From Thermoanaerobaculia bacterium (lineage in GTDB: Bacteria; Acidobacteriota; Thermoanaerobaculia; Multivoradales; DATKCC01), in the NCBI GenBank assembly GCA_035513375.1, contig DATKCC010000104.1, positions 1 to 31,234 of the forward strand: 31,234 bases of DNA, read 5' to 3'. Below the pieces are notes generated by a model that was not told where the DNA came from, made no database searches, and saw only the letters and a program-made list of their open reading frames with translations. The position numbers and the translations under genes were made by a program. Below are positions 23,445-31,234 of this stretch, piece after piece (positions within the stretch are counted from its first letter, which is position 1; the number at the start of each line of letters is the position of its first letter).

Positions 23445-23495
23445 CGGGGGGAACCGTTCCGACCGGAGCTGCCTCCTCGCCCGGTCCTCCGCCCC

Positions 23496-24692
23496 TCACT
23501 CCCGCGCGAGCTCCGCCGACGCCAACCGGGCGCACTCGGCCAGGACCGCGGCGCCGACCGCCACCGCCTCGTCGGCGGGGAGGAAGCGCGGCGAGTGGGC
23601 GGGGACGACCGGCTCGCCCGGGAGCCGGGCGCCGATCCGGAGGAAGCAGCCCGGGAAACGCTCCAGATAGCGGGCGAAGTCTTCGCCGCCCAGGTTGGTG
23701 AACCCAAGGGGGCGGAGCGCCGCCTCGCCCAGGACCCGCGTCGCCGCAGCCCGGGCCCAGGCGGTACCCAGCTCCGGATTGACCAGCGGCGGAGTGCCGT
23801 CGCCGAGCTCGACCAGCGCCTCCAGCCCGTAGGCCCCGGCGACGGCTCGGGCGATCCCCTCGAGCTCAAGCAGGAGCGCGGCGCGAACCGCCGGGTCCAG
23901 GGCGCGCAGGGTACCGGCGAGCGCGGCGCGCTCGGGGATGACGTTCGGCGCCGTCCCGGCATGGAAGGAGCCGACCGTGACGACGGCCGGCGTCCCCGGC
24001 GACAGGCGCCGGGAGACGATGGTCTGGAGGGCGGTGACGAGGGCGGCGCCACCGACCACCGGATCGCGCCCCTCGTGGGGCCGGGCGCCGTGGGCGCCGC
24101 TGCCCAGGAGCTCGATCCGGAAGGAGTCGGCCGAGGCCGCGAGCGGCCCCGCCTGGGCCACCACCTGCCCGACCTCGAAGCGCAGGTCGACATGGCCGCC
24201 GAAGACCGCGCCCGCGCCTTCGAGTGCGCCGCTCGCCAGGACCGCCGCCGCGCCACCTGCCGTCTCCTCGGCCGGCTGGAGAAGCACCAGTGCGTCCCCG
24301 GCGGCCGGCTCGGTCGCGAGCAGCGCCGCCGCCCCCACCGCCCAGGAAGCGTGGATGTCGTGGCCGCAGGCGTGCATCCTCCCGGGCACCTCCGAAGCGA
24401 ACGGCGCCCCCGTCGCCTCGAGGATCGGCAAAGCGTCGATGTCGCCGCGGACGACGACGGCCGGCGGCCGGCGCCCGCCGCCCCGCCCTGGGATCCGCAC
24501 CAGGAGCCCGGTCCCCGCCACGTCACGGACCTCGGCCAGCCCCAGCGCTGCGAGCTCGGCCCGCAGGCGCTCCTGCGTGCCACGCTCCTCGAAGGCGAGC
24601 TCCGGCCGCCGGTGGAGGTCGCGCCGGAGAGCCGACAGCCGCTCCCGGAGCTCCGCCGGCACCCGGGAGGCGACCCCCGGCGGCAGGGTCAC
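23496..24692 (-). CDS. M20D amidohydrolase; probable N-succinyl-L-amino acid desuccinylase
   Basis: LHRRPELAFEE, RGDIDALPI, MHACGHD, QPAEE, GGEDF. GTG 24692 overlaps the upstream stop (GTGA; 398 aa). Confidence 0.9.
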   Translation of the reverse strand: MTLPPGVASRVPAELRERLSALRRDLHRRPELAFEERGTQERLRAELAALGLAEVRDVAGTGLLVRIPGRGGGRRPPAVVVRGDIDALPILEATGAPFASEVPGRMHACGHDIHASWAVGAAALLATEPAAGDALVLLQPAEETAGGAAAVLASGALEGAGAVFGGHVDLRFEVGQVVAQAGPLAASADSFRIELLGSGAHGARPHEGRDPVVGGAALVTALQTIVSRRLSPGTPAVVTVGSFHAGTAPNVIPERAALAGTLRALDPAVRAALLLELEGIARAVAGAYGLEALVELGDGTPPLVNPELGTAWARAAATRVLGEAALRPLGFTNLGGEDFARYLERFPGCFLRIGARLPGEPVVPAHSPRFLPADEAVAVGAAVLAECARLASAELARE

Positions 24693-25828
24693 AGCTCCTC
24701 CCGCCACGCGGTGATCTCCTGGAGGTACCCCTCATCGACCACGACCCCGGGCCCCGGCCGCTCCCAGGGCACCCGCACCATCCCCTCGGAGTCCATGGTC
24801 CACTCGGGCTCGACCACGTCTCGCTGCCAGTAGCGCTCCGAGGGCGAGAGATCCCCCGGCAAGGTGAACCCCGGCAGCGACGCCAGGGCCACGTTGTGCG
24901 CCCGCCCGACGCCGCTCTCGAGCATCCCGCCGCACCACACCGGCACCCCAGACGTGCGGCAGAGGTCGTGGATCGCGAGCGCCTGCGCGAAGCCTCCCAC
25001 CCGGCCGGGCTTGATGTTGACGATCCGCCCCGCGCCGAGCTCGATCATGTCCTCCGCCCGCTCCGGCGACAGGATCGTCTCGTCGAGGCAGATCGGTGTC
25101 CTCATCCGCCGCTGGAGCCGGGCGTGGCGCAGGAGGTCGCCCGCCTCGAGCGGCTGCTCGATCATCAGCAGCTCGAGCTCGTCGAATGCCGCGAGACGAT
25201 CGAGGTCGGCCGGGCCGTAGGCGGTATTGGCGTCGACCGCGAGCGGCGCCTCGGGCCCGAGCTCGCGGCGCAACGGGTCGAGAACCTCGCGGTCGGCTCC
25301 CGGGCGGATCTTCACCTTGACCTTGCGGTAGCCCCGATCGAGCGCCGCCCGGGCCTTCGCCACGAGCGCCGCCGGGCTCTCCTGGATGCCGAGGGAGATC
25401 CCGGCCGCGACCGCTCGCCGCTCGCCCCCCAGGAGCCGGGCAAGGGGCTCGCCCGCGAGGCGCGCAGCGAGCTCCCAGCAGGCCATCTCGAGCGCCGCCT
25501 TGGCCATGCGGTGGCCGCGGAGGTCGCGGTCGAGCAGCGCGAAGACCACCCGCGGGTGCGCGAACGGCCGGCCCTGGATCCGGGGCGCCAGCCACTCCTT
25601 GAGCGCCCAGCGGGCGGTGTCGACGGTCTCTGGCCCGTAGCTCGGGTACTCGCCGGCCACGCATTCGCCCCGGGCCCGCGCGGTCCCGCTCGAGCCGCCG
25701 GCTCCGTCGCTCCCCTCGAGCTCGACCAGCAGGATCCGCCGGTCCTGCGTCTCTCCCGACGAAATCCGAAACGGCTCCTTCAAGCGCAGCCGGATCTCCC
25801 GTAGGGCCATGCGCCGGACCGTGATCAA
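24689..25828 (-). CDS. menC: o-succinylbenzoate synthase / N-succinylamino acid racemase (NSAR/OSBS subfamily, enolase superfamily)
   Basis: KVKVKI, AVDANTAY, IEQP, CLDET, NIKPGRVGG, VWCGGMLESGVGRAHN, PGDLSPSERYWQRDVV. TTG 25828 with an AGGAGG RBS overlaps the GNAT stop (379 aa). Confidence 0.9.
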   Translation of the reverse strand: MITVRRMALREIRLRLKEPFRISSGETQDRRILLVELEGSDGAGGSSGTARARGECVAGEYPSYGPETVDTARWALKEWLAPRIQGRPFAHPRVVFALLDRDLRGHRMAKAALEMACWELAARLAGEPLARLLGGERRAVAAGISLGIQESPAALVAKARAALDRGYRKVKVKIRPGADREVLDPLRRELGPEAPLAVDANTAYGPADLDRLAAFDELELLMIEQPLEAGDLLRHARLQRRMRTPICLDETILSPERAEDMIELGAGRIVNIKPGRVGGFAQALAIHDLCRTSGVPVWCGGMLESGVGRAHNVALASLPGFTLPGDLSPSERYWQRDVVEPEWTMDSEGMVRVPWERPGPGVVVDEGYLQEITAWREEL

Positions 25829-26712
25829 GCCCCGCCCTCCTTGCGCAGCACGTAGAACGCCTTCGCTCCCTCCCCAGCCCCCTCGCGATAGAACGTCTCG
25901 ACCCGGTACCCCCGGTCGAGCAGCGTCTCGAAGGCCTGCCGGGTCGAGCCTCGCCAGCGCGCCGCCTGCTCCGGCGACCTGCGCCGGACCTCCAGGATGT
26001 CGTCCGGAACCTCGACCCGCACCACCGGCGCCGATGGCGGCTCGGCCGCGACAGCCTCCCCGCCGGCCGGCCGGACGTTCGCGACCGGCGCCCCCGCATG
26101 CTCGGGCGACAGCTCGGGGCCGGCTCCCGCCCGGTCCAACCGCCGAGCCACCCGCTCGTCGGCGAGCCGCCACTCGACCACGAACCGGTCGGTCCCGATC
26201 CCGGCCGAGAGTGCGCTGTCGGAGCCCTCGCCGTAGTAGTCGCGGGCGTAGCGGACGGCCCGCGCCCCGAGGCGCACCAGGTTGAGCTGAGCGTTCTTCG
26301 CCACCAATGGGTCGAAGGTCCAGAGCGCGGACTCGACCCCGAGATCCAGCAGCCGCCGCCGCTGGTAGAGCTTCAGATGGTAGCCGAGATCGCGGCCCCG
26401 GGCCTCGGGCAGGACCGCCAGCATGTGCGACCAGTGGATCAGAGCCCTCTGCTGCCCGTCCGCGAGCCCGGTCACGCCGAAGACGAAGCCGAGCAGGGCA
26501 CCGCCGGCGTCGAAGGCGCCGGCCGCCACACCGCCCACGTTCTGGACGATCTTGAGCACCGCAGGCGAGGCCACGTCGGCAAAGCCCGGGCCCCAGACCC
26601 GGCGCTGGAGATCGGCGCAGGCCTCGAGCTCGGCGCGCGCGGCGAGCGGGCGGATCTCGACGCCGGCCGGCAGCCTGAGGGCCTCGGCGAGAGCGTGCGG
26701 ATCAGCCGCCAT
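25825..26712 (-). CDS. GNAT acyltransferase of the type found beside NSAR/OSBS; probable D-amino acid N-succinyltransferase
   Basis: Start ATG 26712 (295 aa). LQRRVWG, HWSHMLAV, WTFDPL, NAQLNLVRLG, DYYG..TDRFVVEW. Confidence 0.85.
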   Translation of the reverse strand: MAADPHALAEALRLPAGVEIRPLAARAELEACADLQRRVWGPGFADVASPAVLKIVQNVGGVAAGAFDAGGALLGFVFGVTGLADGQQRALIHWSHMLAVLPEARGRDLGYHLKLYQRRRLLDLGVESALWTFDPLVAKNAQLNLVRLGARAVRYARDYYGEGSDSALSAGIGTDRFVVEWRLADERVARRLDRAGAGPELSPEHAGAPVANVRPAGGEAVAAEPPSAPVVRVEVPDDILEVRRRSPEQAARWRGSTRQAFETLLDRGYRVETFYREGAGEGAKAFYVLRKEGGA

Positions 26713-26836
26713 GGCGGGCGAGTATAGTGGCAGGCGGAGCCCCCAGAAGCGGCCCACGAACGGAGGGTCGAGCGCTAAACTCCCAGTTCTGCTATAACTT
26801 GGGCATCCGGACAGTGAACGCGGGGGACCCCTGACC
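26713..26836. promoter_or_regulatory. Divergent promoter region: minus-strand TATACT (26726-26721) 8 nt from the GNAT ATG, and plus-strand extended -10 TGCTATAAC (26790-26798) for parA
   Basis: Near-consensus -10 hexamers stand out in the GC-rich background between divergent start codons. Confidence 0.55.
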
Positions 26837-27649
26837 TTGATCGTAGCTTTCGTCAGCCGCAAGGGAGGTGTGGGCAAGACCACCACGGCGGTCAGCCTGG
26901 CCTCCACTCTGGCCGGCCGCGGCAACCGCGTCCTGCTGGTCGACCTCGACAGCCAGTGCTCGGCCTCGTTCTCGCTCGGGGTTAGCCGCAGGGATCTCGC
27001 CCCGTCCTCGGCGGACCTGGTCCTGCGCGGCGTCTCGGCGCCGTCCCTGATCCGGGCGACCCCGGTCCCCAACCTCGACCTCATCACCTCTTCGGTCGAT
27101 CTGATGGCCGCGGACGTCGAGCTGGTCCGCAAGACCGGTTACACCCTGCGCCTGCGCGACGGCCTCGACGCGGTGCGGGAGCGTTACGACTTCATTTTCC
27201 TCGACTGCGCGCCGTCGCTCTCGGTCGTGCCATTGAGCGCCCTGGTGGCGTCAGACGCCTTCGTGGTGCCGGTGGTGCCGCAGTTCCTGGCGGTCGAAGG
27301 GGTCCAGAACCTGCTCGACGCGGTCGACCGGCTGGCCTTGCGCTCCGGCGGGCACGCACCCGAGCCGTTGGGCATCGTCATGACCATGGTCGACTACCGC
27401 AACCGGGCCACCCGCGTGAACGTCGACCTGGTGCGCGCCACCTTCGGCTCGCTCGTCTTCGCGGTCGAGATCCGGGTCAACGTACGCCTGGCCGAGGCGC
27501 CCGGAGCAGGCAAGCCGATCGTCGCCTACGACCCCTCCTCGACCGGGGCCCGGGCCTACGGGTTGCTGGCCGAGGAGCTCCTCGCCCGAGTCGCCTACCG
27601 GTACGCGCCCCGGCGCGGCACGCCAGCGGAGCGGGTGTCCGGCGGGTGA
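26837..27649 (+). CDS. parA: ParA/Soj-family ATPase (orphan)
   Basis: Deviant Walker A RKGGVGKTT, VLLVDLDSQ, YDFIFLDCAP, EAPGAGKPI. TTG start. Confidence 0.92.
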   Translation: MIVAFVSRKGGVGKTTTAVSLASTLAGRGNRVLLVDLDSQCSASFSLGVSRRDLAPSSADLVLRGVSAPSLIRATPVPNLDLITSSVDLMAADVELVRKTGYTLRLRDGLDAVRERYDFIFLDCAPSLSVVPLSALVASDAFVVPVVPQFLAVEGVQNLLDAVDRLALRSGGHAPEPLGIVMTMVDYRNRATRVNVDLVRATFGSLVFAVEIRVNVRLAEAPGAGKPIVAYDPSSTGARAYGLLAEELLARVAYRYAPRRGTPAERVSGG

Positions 27650-29322
27650 GCCCCCCGGCGATCGACCGCTCCCGCTACCTACGCCTGCGGCGCTACCTGG
27701 CCCGGCTCTTCCTGCACCTGGTCTGGTTCGACCTGGTCCTCAGCCAGCCCGTCCTGCGCCATTTCCGGTCGCCGCCGCTCCGCCGGTGGGCCACCCTGGC
27801 CCGCGACTACCGGTCGCTGGCGGTCGAGCTGGGGGGCGTCCTGATCAAGCTCGGCCAGTACCTGAGCACCCGGGTCGACGTCTTTCCGGCGGAGATCACC
27901 CGAGAGCTCTCGGGCCTCCAGGACCAGGTGCCTGCCGTGCCCTTCCCGGAGGTGGCCCGGCGAATCGAGGAGGACTTCGGTCGCCCGGTCACGGAGCTCT
28001 TCGCCTCGATCGACTCCGAGGCCGCCGGCGCCGCCTCGCTCGCCCAAGCCCACCGGGCGGTCACGGCCGGCGGCGAGGGGGTGGTCGTCAAGGTGCTCCG
28101 CCCCGGTATCGAGCGGCTGGTCGAGACCGATCTAGCCGCGGTCAAGCTCGCGATCCGGTGGCTCAGGCCATGGCGGCGGGTGCGCCGGCGGGTCGACCTC
28201 GATCGCCTCTTCGACGAGTTCGCCGGCACCACCCGCGCCGAGCTCGACATGGAGCGCGAGGCCGCCAACGCCGAGCGCTTCGCCGAGCTCTTCCGAGACG
28301 ACCCGGGGATCCTCGTGCCCCGGGTACACCGGGAGCTCACGGCCCGGCACACCCTGACCCTCGAGGACGTGGGCTACCTTCGGATCGCCGACCTCGAGGC
28401 GATCGAGGCGGCCGGCGTGTCGCTGCCCGAGGTGGCGCGACGGCTCTACCACGCCTACATGGAGCAGCTCTTCGTCCACCACTTCGTCCACTGCGACCCG
28501 CATCCCGGGAACCTGTTCGTCCGGCCGCTCGGTCACGACGAGGAGGGAGCCGGCGGCGAGGCCGGCCGGCCGTTCCAGATCGCCTTCGTCGATTTCGGCA
28601 TGATGAGCGCCATCCCGGAGCGCCTGTGGGCGGCCCTCTCCGAGGTGGTGATCGCCGCCGGCACCCGCGACGCCCGCCGCCTGGTCCGCGCCTACCGCGA
28701 CGCCGGCGTCCTGCTGCCGGAGGCCGACCTGGCGCGGCTCGAGGAGATCCACCGCGACCTCTTCGACCGCTTCTGGGGCCTGAAGCTCTCTGAGCTCCAG
28801 GGGGTCGCCCAGTCGCAAGCGCCGCACCTGATCTGGCAGTACCGGGACGTGGTCTACCAGGCGCCGGTCCAGTTTCCGGTCGACCTGCTGTTCACCTTCC
28901 GGGCGCTCGGCATTCTCACCGGCATGGCGACGACGCTCGACCCCGAGCTCGACCCTTGGGCGGAGACGCTGCCGTTCGCCAAAGAGCTGGCAAAGGAGAG
29001 TCTGGGCGAGGCGGCGCGGCGCGCCTTCGGTGAGCTCACCGAGGCTGGAGGGCTCCTGCTGCGGCTCCCGGCCGGCCTCGAACGGACCCTGGCCCTGGCC
29101 GAAGGGGAGGGGGTCCGGGTCCGGGCCGAGCTCTCGGACGACGACCGTCGCGTCCTGCGCCGGATCGGACGGGCCGGTACGCGCCTGGCCTGGACCATAG
29201 CCGCCTCCGCCCTCCTGCTGGCCGGGCTCCAGCTCGAGCTCGCCCGCCCCGGATCCCACGCGGCGGTAGCCCTGTGGATCGCTGCCGGCGGAGCCTTCCT
29301 CTGGGGGTTGGTGAGAAAATAG
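27646..29322 (+). CDS. ABC1/UbiB/AarF-family atypical kinase with C-terminal membrane helices
   Basis: LGGVLIKLGQYLSTRVD, LQDQVP, AASLAQAH, VVKVLRP, HCDPHPGN, FVDFGM. Two C-terminal hydrophobic helices. GTGA overlap with parA. Confidence 0.92.
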   Translation: MSPPAIDRSRYLRLRRYLARLFLHLVWFDLVLSQPVLRHFRSPPLRRWATLARDYRSLAVELGGVLIKLGQYLSTRVDVFPAEITRELSGLQDQVPAVPFPEVARRIEEDFGRPVTELFASIDSEAAGAASLAQAHRAVTAGGEGVVVKVLRPGIERLVETDLAAVKLAIRWLRPWRRVRRRVDLDRLFDEFAGTTRAELDMEREAANAERFAELFRDDPGILVPRVHRELTARHTLTLEDVGYLRIADLEAIEAAGVSLPEVARRLYHAYMEQLFVHHFVHCDPHPGNLFVRPLGHDEEGAGGEAGRPFQIAFVDFGMMSAIPERLWAALSEVVIAAGTRDARRLVRAYRDAGVLLPEADLARLEEIHRDLFDRFWGLKLSELQGVAQSQAPHLIWQYRDVVYQAPVQFPVDLLFTFRALGILTGMATTLDPELDPWAETLPFAKELAKESLGEAARRAFGELTEAGGLLLRLPAGLERTLALAEGEGVRVRAELSDDDRRVLRRIGRAGTRLAWTIAASALLLAGLQLELARPGSHAAVALWIAAGGAFLWGLVRK

Positions 29323-29327
29323 CGGAG

Positions 29328-29978
29328 ATGTCCGAGCCCGAGATCCGACGCCGCCTGATGGTCGAGCACCAGGTCGAGCGCCGGGGGATCCGTGACCGTC
29401 GGGTGCTCGCCGCAATGCGCCGGGTCCCCCGCGAGGCCTTCGTGCCGCCGGAGCTCTCCGCCCAGGCCTACGCCGATGGCCCGCTGCCGATCGGCGACGG
29501 GCAGACGATCTCCCAGCCCTACATCGTGGCCCTGATGGTCGACGCGCTGGAGCTCAGTGGCGGCGAGCGGGTGTTGGAGATCGGCGCCGGCTCGGGCTAC
29601 GCCGCCGCGGTCCTGGCAGAGATCGCGGCCGAGGTCACCACCGTGGAGCGCCATGCCCGGTTGGCCGAGGAGGCTGCGGCGCGTCTCGCCCGGCTCGGGT
29701 ACGAGAACGTCCAGGTCCGGATCGGCGACGGCTCACGGGGCTGGCCGGAGGGCGCGCCCTACGACGGGATCGTGGTCGCCGCCGGCGCCCCGGAGGTGCC
29801 CGAGGCGCTCAAAGAGCAGCTCGCCGTGGGCGGCCGTCTGGTCATCCCGGTCGGGCGGGGGCGCACTCTCCAGGAGCTGGTCCGCATTCGCCGGCTGTCG
29901 GAGACCGGGTACCAGCGCGAGGAGCTGGGCGGAGTGCGATTCGTGCCACTGGTCGGCGAGGAGGGGTGGGAATCGTAG
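29328..29978 (+). CDS. pcm: Protein-L-isoaspartate(D-aspartate) O-methyltransferase
   Basis: VPREAFVP, GQTISQPYIVALM, VLEIGAGSGY, APYDGIVVAAGA, GGRLVIPVG, FVPLVG. Start ATG 29328 behind GGAG (216 aa). Confidence 0.95.
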   Translation: MSEPEIRRRLMVEHQVERRGIRDRRVLAAMRRVPREAFVPPELSAQAYADGPLPIGDGQTISQPYIVALMVDALELSGGERVLEIGAGSGYAAAVLAEIAAEVTTVERHARLAEEAAARLARLGYENVQVRIGDGSRGWPEGAPYDGIVVAAGAPEVPEALKEQLAVGGRLVIPVGRGRTLQELVRIRRLSETGYQREELGGVRFVPLVGEEGWES

Positions 29979-29990
29979 GGTGCGGCCAGC

Positions 29991-31234
29991 CTACTCGGCC
30001 GCCGCGGCCTCCGCCTCCGCGGCCTCCTGCTCCCGCTTCATGTACCGCATCCCGGACGCCTCGAGCACGAACGGCGGGCGCTCCATACCGGCGACGCAAG
30101 AGGCGTCGAGCCCCTCGGTCGTGCCCCGGTCGAGGAACTCGGTCCTCAGGCGGTCGACGCACTCCGGGTCGGTGAGCCCGTCCCAGCCGTGGTGACCGCG
30201 GGGGATGACCACCAGCAGGGCGTTCGGCATGTGCTTGACCGCCGCCCGGGCGAACCGCGGCGGGGTCACCGGGTCGAGCTCGCCATCGAGAATCAAGACC
30301 GGGAGGTCGGTCACGACCGGCTCGCGAAAGCCCTCCGGGATCTCGGCCACCGGCCAGACCGAGCACGCCCCGAGCTGGGCCGCGGTCCGGAGGTCCCCCA
30401 GGGCGGAGCCATGGTCGTGGACCCGGGCGTCGTCCTCGGTGAACCAGGCGACGTCCTCGCTGCAGGTGATCGACAGGTAGAGGCCGTTGGCGAGCTCGAG
30501 CTCGACGAAGACCCGCCACGGGACGGTGGTCTTGAAGTACGGCGCGAAATCCCCCTCGTGGGCCCGGTGGACGAGGAACGGCAGCTCGGCCGCGCCCGAG
30601 GGGTTGTAGAGCAGGCTCCGGAGGCCCTCGGCGAACATGCCCCGGCCGACCGAGAGCGTCACCTCTTCGCCGGTGAGGGGGTTCGCGAGGGTGGCGCGCC
30701 CGGGGACTTCGTCGAGCCGTTCCAGGACCGCCCAGAGCTCGCTCCGGAGGTCGGGAAAGGCCGACCGGCAGGCCGGCTCTTCCTCGCACAGCAGCAGGAC
30801 CATGTCGAGAGCGCGCTGGCCGTCCCGGGCGTGGTCGAGGGGCATCCGCTGGTCCATGCCTGCGAGCCCCTGGAGCGCCGCCGTCCGCACCGAGCCCGGG
30901 TGCCGGCGCAGGAACTCCTGCACGAATCGGGTGCCGTAGGAGCCGCCGAGGAGGTTCAGCCGCCCGTACCCGAGCCACCGCCGGACCTCCTCCAGGTCAT
31001 CGACCGCGATCGAGGTGATGTACTTCGTCAGGTCGGCCCGCTCCTCGAGCTCTTCCCGGCAGGCCTCGACCCCGGCGATGGGGAACATGGCGTCGTAGCC
31101 CGGCTGGGGGTCCTCCGGGGTGATGCCGAAGGCGCAGAACAGGCCGTTCGATTTCCCGGTGCCGCGCTGGTCGACCAGGAGCACGTCCCTGCGGGCCAGC
31201 ACGTCGGTCCACTGCCTCGGAACGTCGGGCGCGG
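29991..31234 (-). CDS. Alpha/beta hydrolase, tripeptidyl-aminopeptidase (TAP)-like; 5' end outside the window
   Basis: VDQRGTG, nucleophile GGSYG, acid LDPVTP, GHHG His. The frame stays open to the window edge. Confidence 0.88.
   Translation of the reverse strand, partial: APDVPRQWTDVLARRDVLLVDQRGTGKSNGLFCAFGITPEDPQPGYDAMFPIAGVEACREELEERADLTKYITSIAVDDLEEVRRWLGYGRLNLLGGSYGTRFVQEFLRRHPGSVRTAALQGLAGMDQRMPLDHARDGQRALDMVLLLCEEEPACRSAFPDLRSELWAVLERLDEVPGRATLANPLTGEEVTLSVGRGMFAEGLRSLLYNPSGAAELPFLVHRAHEGDFAPYFKTTVPWRVFVELELANGLYLSITCSEDVAWFTEDDARVHDHGSALGDLRTAAQLGACSVWPVAEIPEGFREPVVTDLPVLILDGELDPVTPPRFARAAVKHMPNALLVVIPRGHHGWDGLTDPECVDRLRTEFLDRGTTEGLDASCVAGMERPPFVLEASGMRYMKREQEAAEAEAAAAE

Noticed and set aside
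25825-26712. 'Chorismate synthase' label sometimes attached to this GNAT family
   Set aside because: There are no AroC signatures. Motifs and operon context indicate an acyltransferase.
8484-29978. Longest-ORF starts in the track (9410, 11130, 14773, 15399, 21662, 23425, 24707, 26173, 27132, 29274)
   Set aside because: The extensions are low-complexity and overlap upstream genes. Downstream starts give RBS motifs, stop/start overlaps or proper signal peptides.
1-31234. CRISPR arrays, tRNA/rRNA genes, IS elements, integrases or prophage genes
   Set aside because: I saw no regularly spaced repeats, RNA gene signatures or transposase/integrase motifs, and intergenic gaps are short. A covariance-model scan was not possible, so small ncRNAs are not excluded.

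Overview
Very GC-rich (about 70% or more by eye) diderm bacterial DNA, densely coding. The gene style suggests Acidobacteriota (Thermoanaerobaculia-like) or a myxobacterium-like lineage, which is inference only. I saw no rRNA, tRNA, CRISPR array or mobile element. I call 24 real CDS; most other entries in the ORF track are antisense or frame shadows, or have over-extended starts. The centrepiece is a co-oriented, tightly packed 15-gene minus-strand cluster (3411-23383) that I cannot match to any characterised system. In transcription order it encodes: a pentaheme cytochrome c, a large porin-like beta-barrel, a membrane Ser/Thr kinase, four CsgG/HfaB-like proteins interleaved with two more outer-membrane barrels, an octaheme cytochrome (two c554-like halves), a 2x cNMP-binding + 4x[4Fe-4S] protein, a 4-His heme-b-type membrane protein, a membrane-anchored decaheme cytochrome, a double-FHA protein with repeated R-T-x-x-D/E motifs, and a TrxR-type flavin reductase-FHA-FHA-[2Fe-2S] fusion. 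That totals 23 CxxCH motifs and 4 FHA domains. It looks like a complete cytoplasm-to-surface electron conduit with built-in phosphothreonine and cyclic-nucleotide-type control. On the left are a second, atypical Ser/Thr kinase and a receiver-like/DUF4388-like/DegV fusion. On the right are a GNAT-NSAR/OSBS-M20 D-amino-acid salvage operon, an orphan ParA-ABC1 kinase-pcm operon and a truncated alpha/beta hydrolase. All domain calls come from motif recognition by eye, not database searches.
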